NCBI GenBank assembly: GCA_002104905.1
Contig: MCFE01000017.1
Location: forward strand, 62,001-126,000
Reading direction: 5' to 3'
Source of the DNA: Basidiobolus meristosporus CBS 931.73
Taxonomy: Eukaryota; Fungi; Basidiobolomycota
Length of the DNA stretch: 64,000 nucleotides
Notes under the pieces: generated by a model
What the model saw: the letters and a program-made list of their open reading frames with translations, nothing else
What the model was told of the DNA's origin: nothing
The model's database searches: none
Program-made: the position numbers and the translations under genes
Shown here: positions 51,901 through 64,000 of the stretch, piece by piece
Numbering within the stretch: the first letter of the stretch is position 1
Layout: every line of letters begins with the position of its first letter

Positions 51901-54072
51901 TAACTGAGTTCAGGGCTCTGTAGTCAATGCACATCCTAAGTGTTCCATCCTTCTTTTTCACAAAAAGCACTGGTGCTCCCCAAGGTGACTTGCTGGGTGT
52001 GATGTATCCTTGCTCCAATAGCTGATCACTTTGTCTCTTCATTTCCTCCAATTCCAATGGACTCATTCTGTAAGGTGCCTTGCTCACTTGAGGGCTATTG
52101 CCTGTGTCAATGGCATGATCCACATCTCTGACCGGTGGTAGGCTTACAAGCTCATCTGGAAACACATCTGAATATTTCTTCAAGAGAGTCTGGACCTGCT
52201 GGGGTGCTGGGGTAGCAGAATCTCCTGTAATACTGCCATGAGGAACATCTGGGTACCTTTTCTAAGCGCTCTACAGAACTGGGTCTTGCTAAGTTCACTT
52301 GTCTCACACATACTGGAATTGACCAAGTTGAAATCCAGCCTGGCAGGTAATAGCTCATAGGCCTTGTTGTCCTTTTGGATCTGAGTTGCATGGGTTCTCC
52401 AGTTGATTGATGGATTACAACAAAATAGCCAGGTTTTTCCAAGTACAAGGTCAAACTTGCAGTTCCCAAATATATAAGCCTGTAGGTCTTCTTCATAGTC
52501 ATTGATCTTCATTCTTACTGGCTGAGTAATACGGTTGATTATGTGTGAGTTCCCATCAGCTGTTGAGACTGAAGTAGATTTGGTAGGTTCTGAGTTGATT
52601 GCAGCTTTCAAAGCAAATTGCTCTGACATGTACTCATGAGATGCTCCTGAGTCAATCATGATCTTGGCAGGTACTCCATTGATTACTCCATTCAAGTACA
52701 ATAACTTCCCAGAGTTTGAGGTCATTTGGGACAAGTACTCTTCTGTCATATGGAAGGTGAGTTCCAAGTCTTCTTCAAGCTCATCTTCCACATTACTGTG
52801 TTCATGGGACTCAATATGGTTGAAGGTTCTTGTTGGCTGGTGTCCATTTCTTCTCTGAGGGCAGTACTTTGCAACATGTCCTTGTTGGTTGCAATTGAAG
52901 CAAAGTCCTTCCTTCTTACATTCTTCTGAGGTAGGATTCTTCTGCATAGCATCTATTTCCATTGGTACTGCTTCTGACTGTCTTCTTTCATAACGGTTGT
53001 AGCCTTTCAGATTAGTCACTGTAGGCTTCCCAACTTCAAACATAGCTGAGTCATAGTCAATGGCAATCTTGATGGCTTCTTCAATAGTCTGAGGCCTTTG
53101 ATAATTCACCTCCTTGCATGTTCTTTCTTTCAACCCATCAATAAACTATTCAACTTGATCCAGGGGGTCCATTGTTTCAATTTGCCCTAGTAGACATCTG
53201 TACTCATAGATGTATTCTTGAACCATTCCTTTCTGTCTGAGTGTCTTTAGCTTCCTTCTTAGTAGTGTCTGCTGGTGTGGAGGTTCAAAAGCATCCCAAA
53301 TTTCCAACACAAACTCATACCAGGTAGAGATTGTAGAGCATCCCATCATAGTGGCTGACCTGATCTTGTTGTGGTACCACTGTAAAGTTGCATCTGCCAG
53401 GTAAGAAGCTGCATAATGTAACTTGCTTTCTGAAGCAATTCCTTTAGCTTTAAAAGATTCTTCAATCTGAAAGAGCCAAGTTCCCAGGTTTTCATTGACT
53501 CTGCCATGGTACTGGTTGACCTTCACATTAAGGTTGCTCTTAACAGGGCTTTGCTGGTTCTGAGCCATGGTAGTCATTCCTTGTTGCTGTTAGCTGTGGA
53601 TCTGGAGTAACTGTTGCTGTTGGGCCAGGATTTGCTGCATGGCATTCTTCCATTCTTGATTGTCCAACATCTTGAGGGTGGTTTCTGGTTATTGCTGCTA
53701 CCAATGTTACAAGTCTTGGTATAAGAGTTGTAGAGCAATAGGGAGTCTAGCTAGTATTGTATTGACTAAAACTTGAACTGATTTTTATTGAGGTTCCAGC
53801 AGCTCCTTATATACATTTTGCCAGATCAACTGCTGACTAATTGTATTTCCTAATGTAGGTTGTGGCTGATGACTCATTTGATTGCATCATCATCACCCAA
53901 TAAGATCCTACTTAATTTATCTATTTCTGTCTGATAAGGATCTGCTGATTCATTTGCTGACTAATGCTACTGATTTCATAGATAATACTGGTATATTGAT
54001 AACCTAAAAAGATACTAATTGATCTGACTAAAAACTGATCTAACTTAAATATTCAAGTGGCAGATCATAACA
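48948..54072 (-). mobile_element. Ty3/Gypsy family-B element B2, full length but inactivated
   Basis: Two LTRs (53705-54072 and 48948-49314), 4-bp TSD GTTG, PBS TGGTAGCAGC (tRNA-iMet-like) and PPT. Gag, CCHC knuckle, protease IMIDSGASH, RT YLDD, RNaseH and integrase WGID. Confidence 0.95.
51407..51617. mobile_element. 211-bp non-autonomous TIR element (MITE) inserted beside the RT YLDD motif of B2
   Basis: 13-bp perfect TIR AGACTTGTTCCAT/ATGGAACAAGTCT, extending imperfectly to about 35 bp, and 3-bp TSD AAT (51404-51406 and 51618-51620). Removing it restores [10 protein letters not shown]. Confidence 0.9.
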
Positions 54073-54705
54073 GTTGTCTCATTGCAAACAGGGATTTTGC
54101 CAGGCTCATGCAGAGTACTGTTGTTAGGGAAGATAGGCTCACAATCCATTAGTGAGCCTGCTTCTTCAGAGCTATCACTCTGCTTGCCATATTCAGAAGG
54201 CTAGGGTGAGCCTAAAGGCTTCACAAACTCACCTGACACAGTTTCACAAGGTGACAAGCATGGCCAGGTGCCATTATAGAAGTATTAAGTGTCTGGCAAG
54301 ATATTGTTAGTACAGTAGGGACTGATCAATGGCCAAATATGACTTGTGGGGCAAAACTCTGGCTTTGATCCCTGTAATACTTCCTATGCTATCTGCATGC
54401 TTGATGGCTGAGAGGCTTGCTACAATAGCCATACAGTCTTTCTTCTCTTCTCTGATGGCATTGAATCTAAGTAGTCTTGCCCATGGGGCAAACCATGTGA
54501 CACTTAACAGTGCCATGCTAGTATATCTTTTTTCTGTCAATACTCATATGAATTCAAGACATTTTTGTATTTGATACAATGCACCAACATGAATGTAAGA
54601 TCAATGATGCCCTGCCATAGTAAGCATTATAAATAAAGTTGTGGCACCAGCTACACTTGTATATGAAGCACCATTTCCCCTGTTACAATATAAGAAGCAA
54701 TATAG

Positions 54706-57151
54706 ATATAAGGAACTTATCAAGAAATTGTGGTAATTGTCAAACTGTTGCTGATTCATGAGTAAACTCAGTATTTATACCTTCTTAGAAATTTACAACT
54801 GTAACACTAAGTAATAAGAGCTTCTCATCACCCATGAGCATTCTGCAACAGTTTTGCAGTTGGTATATTATGTTTGGTAAAACTGCTAATTTGATCTTGA
54901 AAATAGGGGTATAATCATTGGATCATAGATCTGAAGAAGGTGGCAAAGTTAGGGCTGTTAGTAAGCCCTACAGTGAGCAAGACTACTTCTGAGTTGTTGA
55001 GTAAATTTTCAGCTGCTGAATGATATCAAATAGTTCAATATTTCAACACTCCCCCTTGACTAAATAGTATCTTAATCCTAATTCTTTTCTGAGATTTTCA
55101 AATTGCAGCCTAGCTAGTAGTTTGTCAATATATCTGCCACCATTTTGTCAGTTGGGCAGTAAACTAGCTCTACTAAGTTATTTACTATGGCTTTGCTCAC
55201 AAAGTGATGTTGTATATTTATGTGCTTGGTTCTAACATGATTAGTAGGATTCCCAGCTAGTGAAGCACAACCTTGGTTGTCCTTGTATATACATGATGGT
55301 TCATCTGGATTAAAACTTAAGCCTCTGAATATTTTTGTAGCCATATAGCCTCCCTAGTTGCTTAACAAATAGCCATATACTCAGCTTCAGTTGTAGATAG
55401 GGCCACAGCTGGTTGTTTTTTGCAATACCAAGTAATAGCTACACCAGTAAAAGAAAATCATACCCAGCGGTAGTGCTTGACTGCTGTGGTCTGATCTGAT
55501 GTGCTGTTTTGCATAAATTGACTGACTATTCCAGCTACCACTGAATATCTGGACATGTACACCCCATGAGCTACTTCAGGCTACCAGCTAGTGATTGATA
55601 GAGAAAGTTTTGGTCCATACTTGAGCCTATTTCACCTAAAATTAGTTGAGATTTACTCACTTTTAGGTTATTGTCCATAGGGGTAGCTGCAGGCACATAC
55701 TTTCCAATTTGAAGCATCTCAGAATGTACCTAAGGTACTTAAATTGATTCAACACAGTTTTCTGCCTAAAATAAGGTATTTAACTCCAATTCCAAGTGAA
55801 TAGCTCAATTTTCCAGGACCTTTCATTACAAACTTGCTGAAGTGAGCTGACTTGTCTGTTGAAGTGCCTCCTGGGCACTTGTAGCTATTATTAGCTTGCA
55901 AACTAGGATGATCATACCCTTTACAAGCTGCTTTTCATATATACTGTGACCTGCAGTGCTATAAATAAGCCAGTTCTTTTCTAGATATATGTCAATCTTG
56001 TTATATCATGCTCTAGGCGCCTGCTTAAGCCCATAATACAATATCATAATTCCAAAAACCTTTCGGGGGCTTTTTAGATTGGTAAAACCTTCTGGTTGCT
56101 CAATATATAGTTTGTAGAAAATTCCCATTTAGAAAGGCTGTTTTGTGTTCATTTGGCTTTATACAGCTGCCAGGGCAAGAACTGTTCTAATGAAGTTAAA
56201 CTTGGCAACTGGAGTAAGTGTTTTCTTAAAATCTAGTCCCAGGATCTGGGAATAGCTGTAGCTACCAATCTAGCCTTGTACTAATCAATGGTACTATTTG
56301 AGGTTATCATGGTCTTGTAAACCCATCTACATCCCATTGGCTTTCTCCTGTTTGGTAAATCCACCAGCTCCCATGTTCTAGCCCTGATCAGTTATTAGTA
56401 CTCCCCCTGCATAGCTTGTTACCACATTGTAGCATCTGCACTTTGCATTGCCTGTACCAGATTCTGAGGTGTGGTACATAAGGCCAGATAAGCTTCTTCA
56501 AGATCAATAGATGTCTGCAACCAGGATCCTGGGATATTGGTTATCCTGGTATATCTCCTCACTGTGATAATCTGCTCTGATCTGCAACTGGTGAAGTTCT
56601 CTTTCATAACTGACTGAACTATGAATGTATCTTCTTCAATAGTGTTGATTGCATCATCAGGCATCTAGCCAATGATTTCAGTGGCTTTCTGATCCAAATT
56701 CTTCTCAGATACAATGTCACTACTCTTGATCAGCTTCTGACTTTTGCCACCATACACTCTATACCCTTTGGATTTTTTAAATTATCCAAGAAGAACCCTT
56801 TTCTAATATATAAGGAACTTATTAAGAAATAGTGAAAATAGTTGAACTGCTGTTTATTCATATTGAGGCTCAATATTTATACCTATGTAGGAGTAATACA
56901 GCTGTGATACCAAGTAAGGAGGGTTTCTTGACATTCAGGATCATTTTGCTGCAGTTTCTGGGCTAGTACAAAATGTTTGGTAAAAGTCTTAACTTGATCT
57001 TAACTATAGGGAAATATTCTTAGGATCATAGACCTGAAGAAAGTGGCAATGTAAGGGCTGCTGGTTAGTCCTACACTGACCAAGACTTGTCCTGAATTGG
57101 TAAGTAAATTTTCAGTAGTTGAATGACCCCAAATAGTGCAATATTTGAACA
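54706..57151 (-). mobile_element. Copia-2 family relic: LTR, RNaseH, RT, post-integrase region and a second diverged LTR
   Basis: PPT AGGGGGAG next to the LTR ending at 55048. DNQGCASLAGNPTNHVRTKHINIQHHFV, and GWVYKTMITSNSTID*YKARLVA-type RT start. KGYRVY motif; homologous LTR at about 56805-57151. Confidence 0.85.
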
Positions 57152-58321
57152 TCCCCTTTGTTTTGCCTCACTTGCATAAATATGCTGCCTAAATATAAAG
57201 TAAAGTTGTCTGGTTCCCAACCAAACCTCACCACTGACAGCAGCAGAGGAACAGTTTGACAACAGCTTTCTTTGACATTCAGTACAACAAGCAGAGCCAC
57301 AACCAAAAAAGGCCCTATGGAGAGCATGCCCACTGAAGGTAATAATGCAGACTCCTCAGGCTCTCAGCCTAATAGGCAATTGGGAATTTTTATGGGCTGC
57401 AAGCTGACCATACTGCTGCAGCAGCTGAGAATATAGCAAAAGCAGCACCCTCTGCTGAAGTCCCGCAAGTGGCCATGATAACACCATCACCACCTGTATT
57501 AGCAAGTATGTAGTCAGCTCATACCAAAGCATTAATGAGGTAATGAGGTGCAGCGGCTGACAGGGTAGATGCAATGGCCCAGAGAAATCAGGACATAATC
57601 CAGAAGTAGGATGAGCAGACAAAAGGTGCAGAGCAAGCAATATCCCAGGTAGAGAAAGCAATATCTTTGCTGCTAAGAAGGAACTCAAGTAGCCCAAAGT
57701 CACAGCCAAGAATTAAGCTATTTCCCAATGTAACAGCAGAGGAACATTGCATGGTCTTTGAAGCATAACACCAGTGCACAAAGATAAAGTCTACAAAAAA
57801 CTCATCACAGTGTGGGAGGGGGAGAATGTAGTGTTTATACCAAATCCTAAAAATCTGAAGACATTGTAGATCCATCAAGCTGTTGAGTGCAATGATGAAG
57901 AGTGAGCTAATACTCAGGAGGCCAGTAGAAGTCTAGCACACCAACACTTTAGGGCCAGCATACCATGGGACCATCAGCAGCTCAAGGCCAAGTAGAATGT
58001 ACTTGACCTGTTTCATAAGCATTATCCTGGATTCAAATAAGCAAATGGATTCAGGGCCAGCATTAATATACTGAGAGAGCATCTCAAGAATAGTAGATAA
58101 TATCAGAGGCAGAAGAATAAGGATGCAATGGCTAAAAACCAGCAGCTTTGTCAAGTGCCTGTTACAACAAGGGCTAAAAGCTCCATACAAGCATCAAAGA
58201 GATATCAGGAAGCTGGAAGAGTGCCAATCAGGGACAAGCAGGCTGTCACAGATGCACTAGCACATCATTTATCAAGGAAAAGTCTGGTTCCACTAAAGAA
58301 GCATGCAGTCAAAGTAGCAGT

Positions 58322-61300
58322 GTGCTTAGGATGTGCATTGACTACAGAGCCCCCAACTCAGTTACTGTAAAGAATAAGTACTTTATACCTTGGATTGATG
58401 AGCTTTTGGACCAACTCAATGGAGCCACTATATTCAGCAAGATTGACCTCATGTCAGGATACAATCAGATTAGAGTGAAGCCAGAAGACATCCTTAAGAC
58501 AGCATTCAGGTCTATATACAGACACTACAAGTACTTAGTCATGAGCTTTGGCCTTACCAATGCCCCTGCAACCTTCATGACCATGATGCAAACAGTTGTC
58601 CAGAAGTTCTGAGACAAGTTTGTTGATATATACCTAGACATCATATTGATATGAATCAAAACAGAAGTGGATCACTTGGTGCACATTGAAACAGTCTTGA
58701 AAAGCTAAGAGAGAACAAGCTATATGGTAAGCCAGCAAAGTGTGAATTTTTGAAGGAACATGTTGAATAGCTGGGACACATATTAAGCAGTACAGGAGTG
58801 ACCTTAGACCCTAAAAAGGTTGAAGTTATCAAGAATCTGGAGCAGCCCTGTAGCATATCAGAACTCAGATATTTCTTGGAGTGGTTTCCTATTATTGGAG
58901 ATTTGTCAAGTCCTTTGCAAATATTGCAGCTCCTTTAACTGATATTCTCAAGAAAGATAACACCTTGAAGTGGGACATAGCCTGTGATACTGCCTTTCAG
59001 ATGCTCAAGAATGAACTTGCTAAGCTGCCAAGCTTAAGAATCCCAGACTTCAAAAAAAAAGTTTGCTCTGTATACATATGCTTCAGACTATGCAATTGGT
59101 GGAGTGCTGAGCCAAGAACATGAGGGAAAGGACTATCTAGCTGCCGTTGAGTCCAAGATATTGAACTCAACAGAACAAAACTATCTAGTGCATGAGAAGG
59201 AGAGGCTTGCAATAATGTACTGCTTGAAGACATGGAGATGCTATATTAAAGGAGTCAAGTGCACTGTGAAGACTGAACATGCCTTACTCAAGTATATATT
59301 TACTCCAAAGGTACTGTACAGTTTAATGACAAGATGGAGTGAATACACTCAGCAATTTGACTTGGAGATTGTCTACTGCCCTGGGAAAAACAGCATGGTT
59401 GCTGATGTCTTAGCCAGACAAGAACAAGTTGCACAACTCAACTTAGTGCATGAGTCAGATTGGCTTAACTTATTACCAAAGTACTTAGAAGACCAAGCCA
59501 TTCCTAATGATGTAGATGTGGAGATCAAGAAGATAATCCAGGATGAAGCCAGCAAAACTGTAGTATAGGATGAAACACTTTACCAAATTGTTAATAGAAG
59601 CCCTATTGCCTATTGCCCTTATGTTGCTTGCCTGAGTTTAATACATGAGCTACACACTGAATATGGACATCTAAGAACTAAAGGAACCTAAAGTCTTGTG
59701 AAATCCAGAGCATGGTGGCCCGGAATGAAACAAGATACTGCAAAGCAAGTGAAACATTCCCTAATTGCCAAATCAACCCAGGCCAACCAAAGAGAATTCC
59801 AGAGTTTTTTCCCTTAGAGCCTGTATGACCATTTGAGAGATTGTGTATATGTTGTAAGAATTCATAATTCCACCTAAATATTCACCTAACTTAGTCACTT
59901 AGATCATTACCTTCAAATCCTAGAGAATACTGACAAAATTCCCTGTTGGGATTTACTTAGAACATTTTTACCAAAATACCAGATACCCAGAACATGTAAA
60001 TTCTCAAAGTTGTCTAAACAGCCCCAAGATCTGCACAAATGTTCTTGGAACCTTCCTTAACATATTCTACGTGTTTGTAATGCCAAGACCATGTAAAAGG
60101 ATAAATACTACTTTTACATTCAATAAATCATTAAGTGAAAACCACATAATCTACTTGTTCTCCTAATCACTTCCAATATCACCAAGACTCTTACAACAGT
60201 ATTGACTTTATTGGAAGACCGCCAACCACCGGGAAATGCAGTATTTGGACTTTAGTAGCAATTGACCATGTCACAAAATGGCCAGTGGCTAAAGCTGTAC
60301 CTGTAGCCAGTGAACAGGAAGTTGCAAGTTTCATCTACCAAGAGATCCATATGAAGCTTGGATGCCCTGTAAAGATTTATCTAACAGAGGAGCAAACTTT
60401 ATGGCAAAGACATTGAAAGCTTATCTAGGAATGCAGCATATCAAACACTTGAAAGCCTTGGCATATCACCCTAGAACTAATGGAATTGCCAAGCAATTTA
60501 GTGGATTATTTGGGAGAATGCTGACCAAGTTTGCAAATGGAACTGTCAGTAGATGGAATGAGTATATAGACCAAGCCCTTTTTGCATGTAGAGTTGAAGT
60601 ACACAACACCACCTAACAATTGCCATTTTACTTGGTGTATGGATGTGAACCAATGATAGCAGAAGATCTCACACAACCAAAATTTACAGATGCCTTAGAA
60701 GATGAATTCAGTCAGACAAGCAGACACCACCAGCTGGAACAAATATATCAGGAAGCACAGGCCAGAGAATATCAAAGTGCAGAAAAGATGAAGCAGGGAT
60801 TTGGTAAGACTATATTACCAGTTGCATTGATAGTTGGGAACTTTATATTGCTGAGAAACAACACTTGGGAGAAGTTTCAGCCACAATGGACAGGACCTTT
60901 CACAATCATTAGAGAGTGTCCATTGGCAACTTATCAGCTGGTGTACAAACAAGGGAATATCCAGAAAGTTTTAGATTATAGAGACATACTCAAGCTTGCA
61001 TGACCTGCTGACAATACAAAAATATCAAGGTATTGCTATTGCAAGAAAAGAGATTTAGGATAAACCTCTTGACTTTAGTAGAGGAGAATTTACAATACAC
61101 CGCTTGAATATTTAAGTTAGATCAGTTCTTAGTCAAATCAATTAGCTTTATGTTTAGCCTATCAGTATATCTGTGTTATCTATCAAATCAGCAGTATTAA
61201 TCAGCAGATGAATAAACCTATCCTTACCAGAAAGAAATAGATATATGAAGTAGGATCTAATAGGGTGATAATGATGCAATTAAATGAGTCATCAGCCACA

Positions 61301-61455
61301 ACCTACAATAGGAAATACAATTAGTCAGTAATTGGTCTGGCAAATGTGTATTAGGAGCTGCTGGAGCCTCCATAAAAGTCAGTTCAAGTATTTGTGAAGA
61401 CAATAGTAGCTAAACTCCATATTCCTCTACAACTCATATGTCAAGACTTGTAACA
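58322..61455 (+). mobile_element. Ty3/Gypsy family-B element B3, 5'-truncated (RT, RNaseH, integrase, 3' LTR about 61090-61455)
   Basis: [42 protein letters not shown] and integrase. LTR ends GACTTGTAACA. Confidence 0.9.
59850..60198 (+). mobile_element. Copia-1 solo LTR inserted in the B3 integrase
   Basis: TGTTGTA...TACAACA homologous to 62687-63035, with TSD GTATA/GTATT. It splits the (W)GIDFIGR motif. Confidence 0.9.
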
Positions 61456-61800
61456 CTGGCATACTGTATGAGAAAATTAACAAAAGGGCAGGAAAATACC
61501 ATCATTATATCAGCTGAACTCCAAGTTTCTCAAAATTGACAGATCTAAATATCTCTGTTGCTAGCGGCTGGGCTGGCAAGCAAACAAACTCTTTGGTAGG
61601 AGACTAGGCTAACTAGTATCCAGGCCAAGTTTGGTAATTAGCTGCTCATTACTTACATCCAAAATTGCATCTGAAATTTGAACCAAAAACACCAGCTGAT
61701 AACCAGCAAATTACCATTAGAATGCCAGCAGAATACCTGCTATAAATCTGTTGCATTCTAAGTTTGAGATTTTTATAGGGTGTATAGGTACTGCATATTA
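61456..61800 (-). repeat. Inverted copy of the ~330-bp unit at 40160-40490
   Basis: GCCAAGTTTGGTAATTAGCT at about 61624 is the reverse complement of AGCTAATTACCAAACTTGGC at about 40300. The ends share CCCTAT(G/A)AAAAATCTCAAACTTAG. Confidence 0.7.
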
Positions 61801-62686
61801 TAGAAGCACTTTCATCCAGTAATCATACATTAAGTGAGGAATAATCTATCCAATAAAGTAAGTAGGTGTGATGGTTGGCAAGCCTATGGGATAGGGCTGA
61901 GCAGCATTAGATAAGTGAAATAAGCTGTAATAAGGGTAGTGGGAAAATAGGGCAGTAGAAAATTAGGGAATGAGCATATCTGTTAGTGGGTGTTGTTATT
62001 ATCCTACTATACCATACTCCCAACATATTGCCAACAGAGGTCTCCATAGTGGCTGTCAAGACATCATTTATCTTTTTGCTTTATAAGGCAATCACATGTA
62101 TTGGCCAACTTGGTTTGCTCAAATAGATATAGACCACATTAAGACTATAAAAATGTCACATATATTCACCAGGAGGCCATTCAAACACCTCCAAGTTCAC
62201 TACATTATTTGGTAGTAAAATTAGTAAAACACCATCAGGACCCTACTGTACAATTACACAGTGGGCTACAAATTCCAAGTCACTAGCATTGCAGCGGCCT
62301 CATAGTGAAGTCCTGACTGTTGAACTGGGTTGGATTTGCCTGTGGGATCAAGTTATTTTATATGGGGGCCCATTGACAAGATGGAAACAAGGATTCTTAG
62401 ATGTAGTATATTGTATCTGAGGCATCTCAACACATTATGCACTAAAAAGTGCTATTTACAAATTATACAAAATTCCATTTTACAAGGATTTCATGGGTGA
62501 CAGCAGAACACTGGATGCAGTTGGAGAGGGAACTAGCCATGTTAACTTCAGAAGTAGTAAACTAGTTAACAGATATACCATCAAAGAAGTGTTGTATATC
62601 AGAAAGAGCCAAGAACTTAGTATTTGTTGAACTATTGAGCTATTTGGTATCACCCCGCAGCAAAAGTCCACTTAGCAACTCTGAAC

Positions 62687-64000
62687 TGTTGTAAAAATTT
62701 GTAACTCCACCTAAATATTCACCTGACTTAGTCACTTAGATCATTACCTTCAAATCCCAGAGAATACTGACCAAATTCTTGGTTGGGATTTACTTGGAAT
62801 ATTTTCACCCAAATACCAGGTACCCAGAACATGAAAATTCTCAAAGTTGTCCAAACAGCCCTAAAATCTGCACAAATGCTTTTGGGACCTTCCTTAACCT
62901 ACTCTAAGTGCTTACTATGGCAAGACCATGAAAAAGGATAAATACTACTTTTACATTCAATAAATCATCAAGTGATAACTACATAATCTACTTGTTCTCC
63001 AAATGACTTCCAATATCTCCAAGACTTTTACAACAGGTTATGTGCCCCAAGCTGTGACTCTCTGCAATGCTGACTACTGCTATTACTGGAATTTTTCCCT
63101 CTGCAGAAAAGTTGGATGGATCTAACTACCAAGTGTGGAAGGTGAGAATGAAGATGCTGCTTCACAAAAGAGGCCTTTGGGATATTGTCATAGAAGAAGA
63201 ATGCCCTCCTAAAATGTGGGAGAGGAAGCCTTAAAGTACCAGAAGAAAGAATAAAGTGCCTTCAACTACATTTGCCTTAATGTGAAAGACAAATTGCTAA
63301 TTCAATGCTCAACAGCAAAAACAGCAAAGAATGCCTGGAAGGCATTAGAAGACACCTACCAGTCATTTTCAGCTGATCAGAAAATGCATCTGAGACAAAA
63401 ATTCTTTACTACAGTGATGCTGCCAGGAGAAGAAATGAAAAATCTAATTAACAGAATTACCCTGCTGTTAGATGAGATGGAATCTGTGGATATACCAACT
63501 ACTGATGAGGATGTGATAGTTACCATCCTGAATAGCCTGACAGACAAGTTTCAAGGCCTTGTATCAGCCCTAGAGTCCAGAACTGAAGATTTGACCTTGA
63601 ATTATATATATGGAAGGCTCCTGGATGAACAATCAAGAAAATTAAGCACCAATAAGAAGGAAGAAGAAAATGCTTTAATTAGCAATGATAACCAATAAAG
63701 CAGGTACTCATGACCCTACAAAGGCAACAGCAGCCTGTTTTGCAACTACTGCAAAAAGAAAGGACACACATCAGACTGGTGCTTCAAAAAGAAAGATATT
63801 CAGCAGAAAAAGCCAGAATATGGAAATGCTGCAACAACTGAAGATAGACTATTCATATTTGCACTAAATATGACCACAAACAAGGATTCTCAGACGTGGT
63901 ATATTGACTCTGGAGCATCTCAACACTTTACACACCAAAAAGAACTTTTTACCCAATATCAAGAAATTACAATTAAGAAGGTTTTCATGGGTGACAATAG
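62687..64000 (+). mobile_element. Copia-1 element: 5' LTR (62687-63035), PBS, gag and protease; runs off the window
   Basis: TGTTGTA..TACAACA LTR followed at once by GGTTATGTGCCC (copia-type half-tRNA-iMet PBS). Gag EKLDGSNYQVWKVRMK...AWKALEDTY...ILNSL, a CCHC knuckle and protease WYIDSGASQHFT. Confidence 0.92.

Overview
Eukaryotic, fungal DNA. Short 45-70 nt GT-AG introns, MDM10, an SLT2-type MAPK and a PalC-like gene support this; an early-diverging 'zygomycete'-grade fungus such as Basidiobolus is my inference, not proven. The window has two sharply different halves. About 1-31.2 kb is gene-dense and CpG-rich, with conserved intron-rich genes (PalC-like 3' end, BCS1-like AAA ATPase, glucosidase II alpha, Air1/2 zinc-knuckle protein, mitochondrial uS5, GPN3, SLT2-type MAPK, MDM10, F-box/LRR, histidine acid phosphatase) plus intronless Hsp20. 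It also holds several intronless, bacterial-looking ORFs (a GH8b chitosanase-type enzyme with no signal peptide, a secreted protein recalling actinobacterial hypothetical proteins, a small ferritin-like bundle) and a tandem pair of CFEM-like GPI proteins. About 31.2-64 kb is an almost CpG-free nest of dead transposons: a chromovirus carrying a same-family solo LTR in its integrase, three large copies and a fragment of a second Ty3/Gypsy family, two Copia families, a CACTA transposase relic and a 211-bp TIR element with 10-bp-phased repeats. Insertion order can be read from target-site duplications. Exon boundaries were read by eye and are approximate; family assignments are from motif recognition, with no database search.
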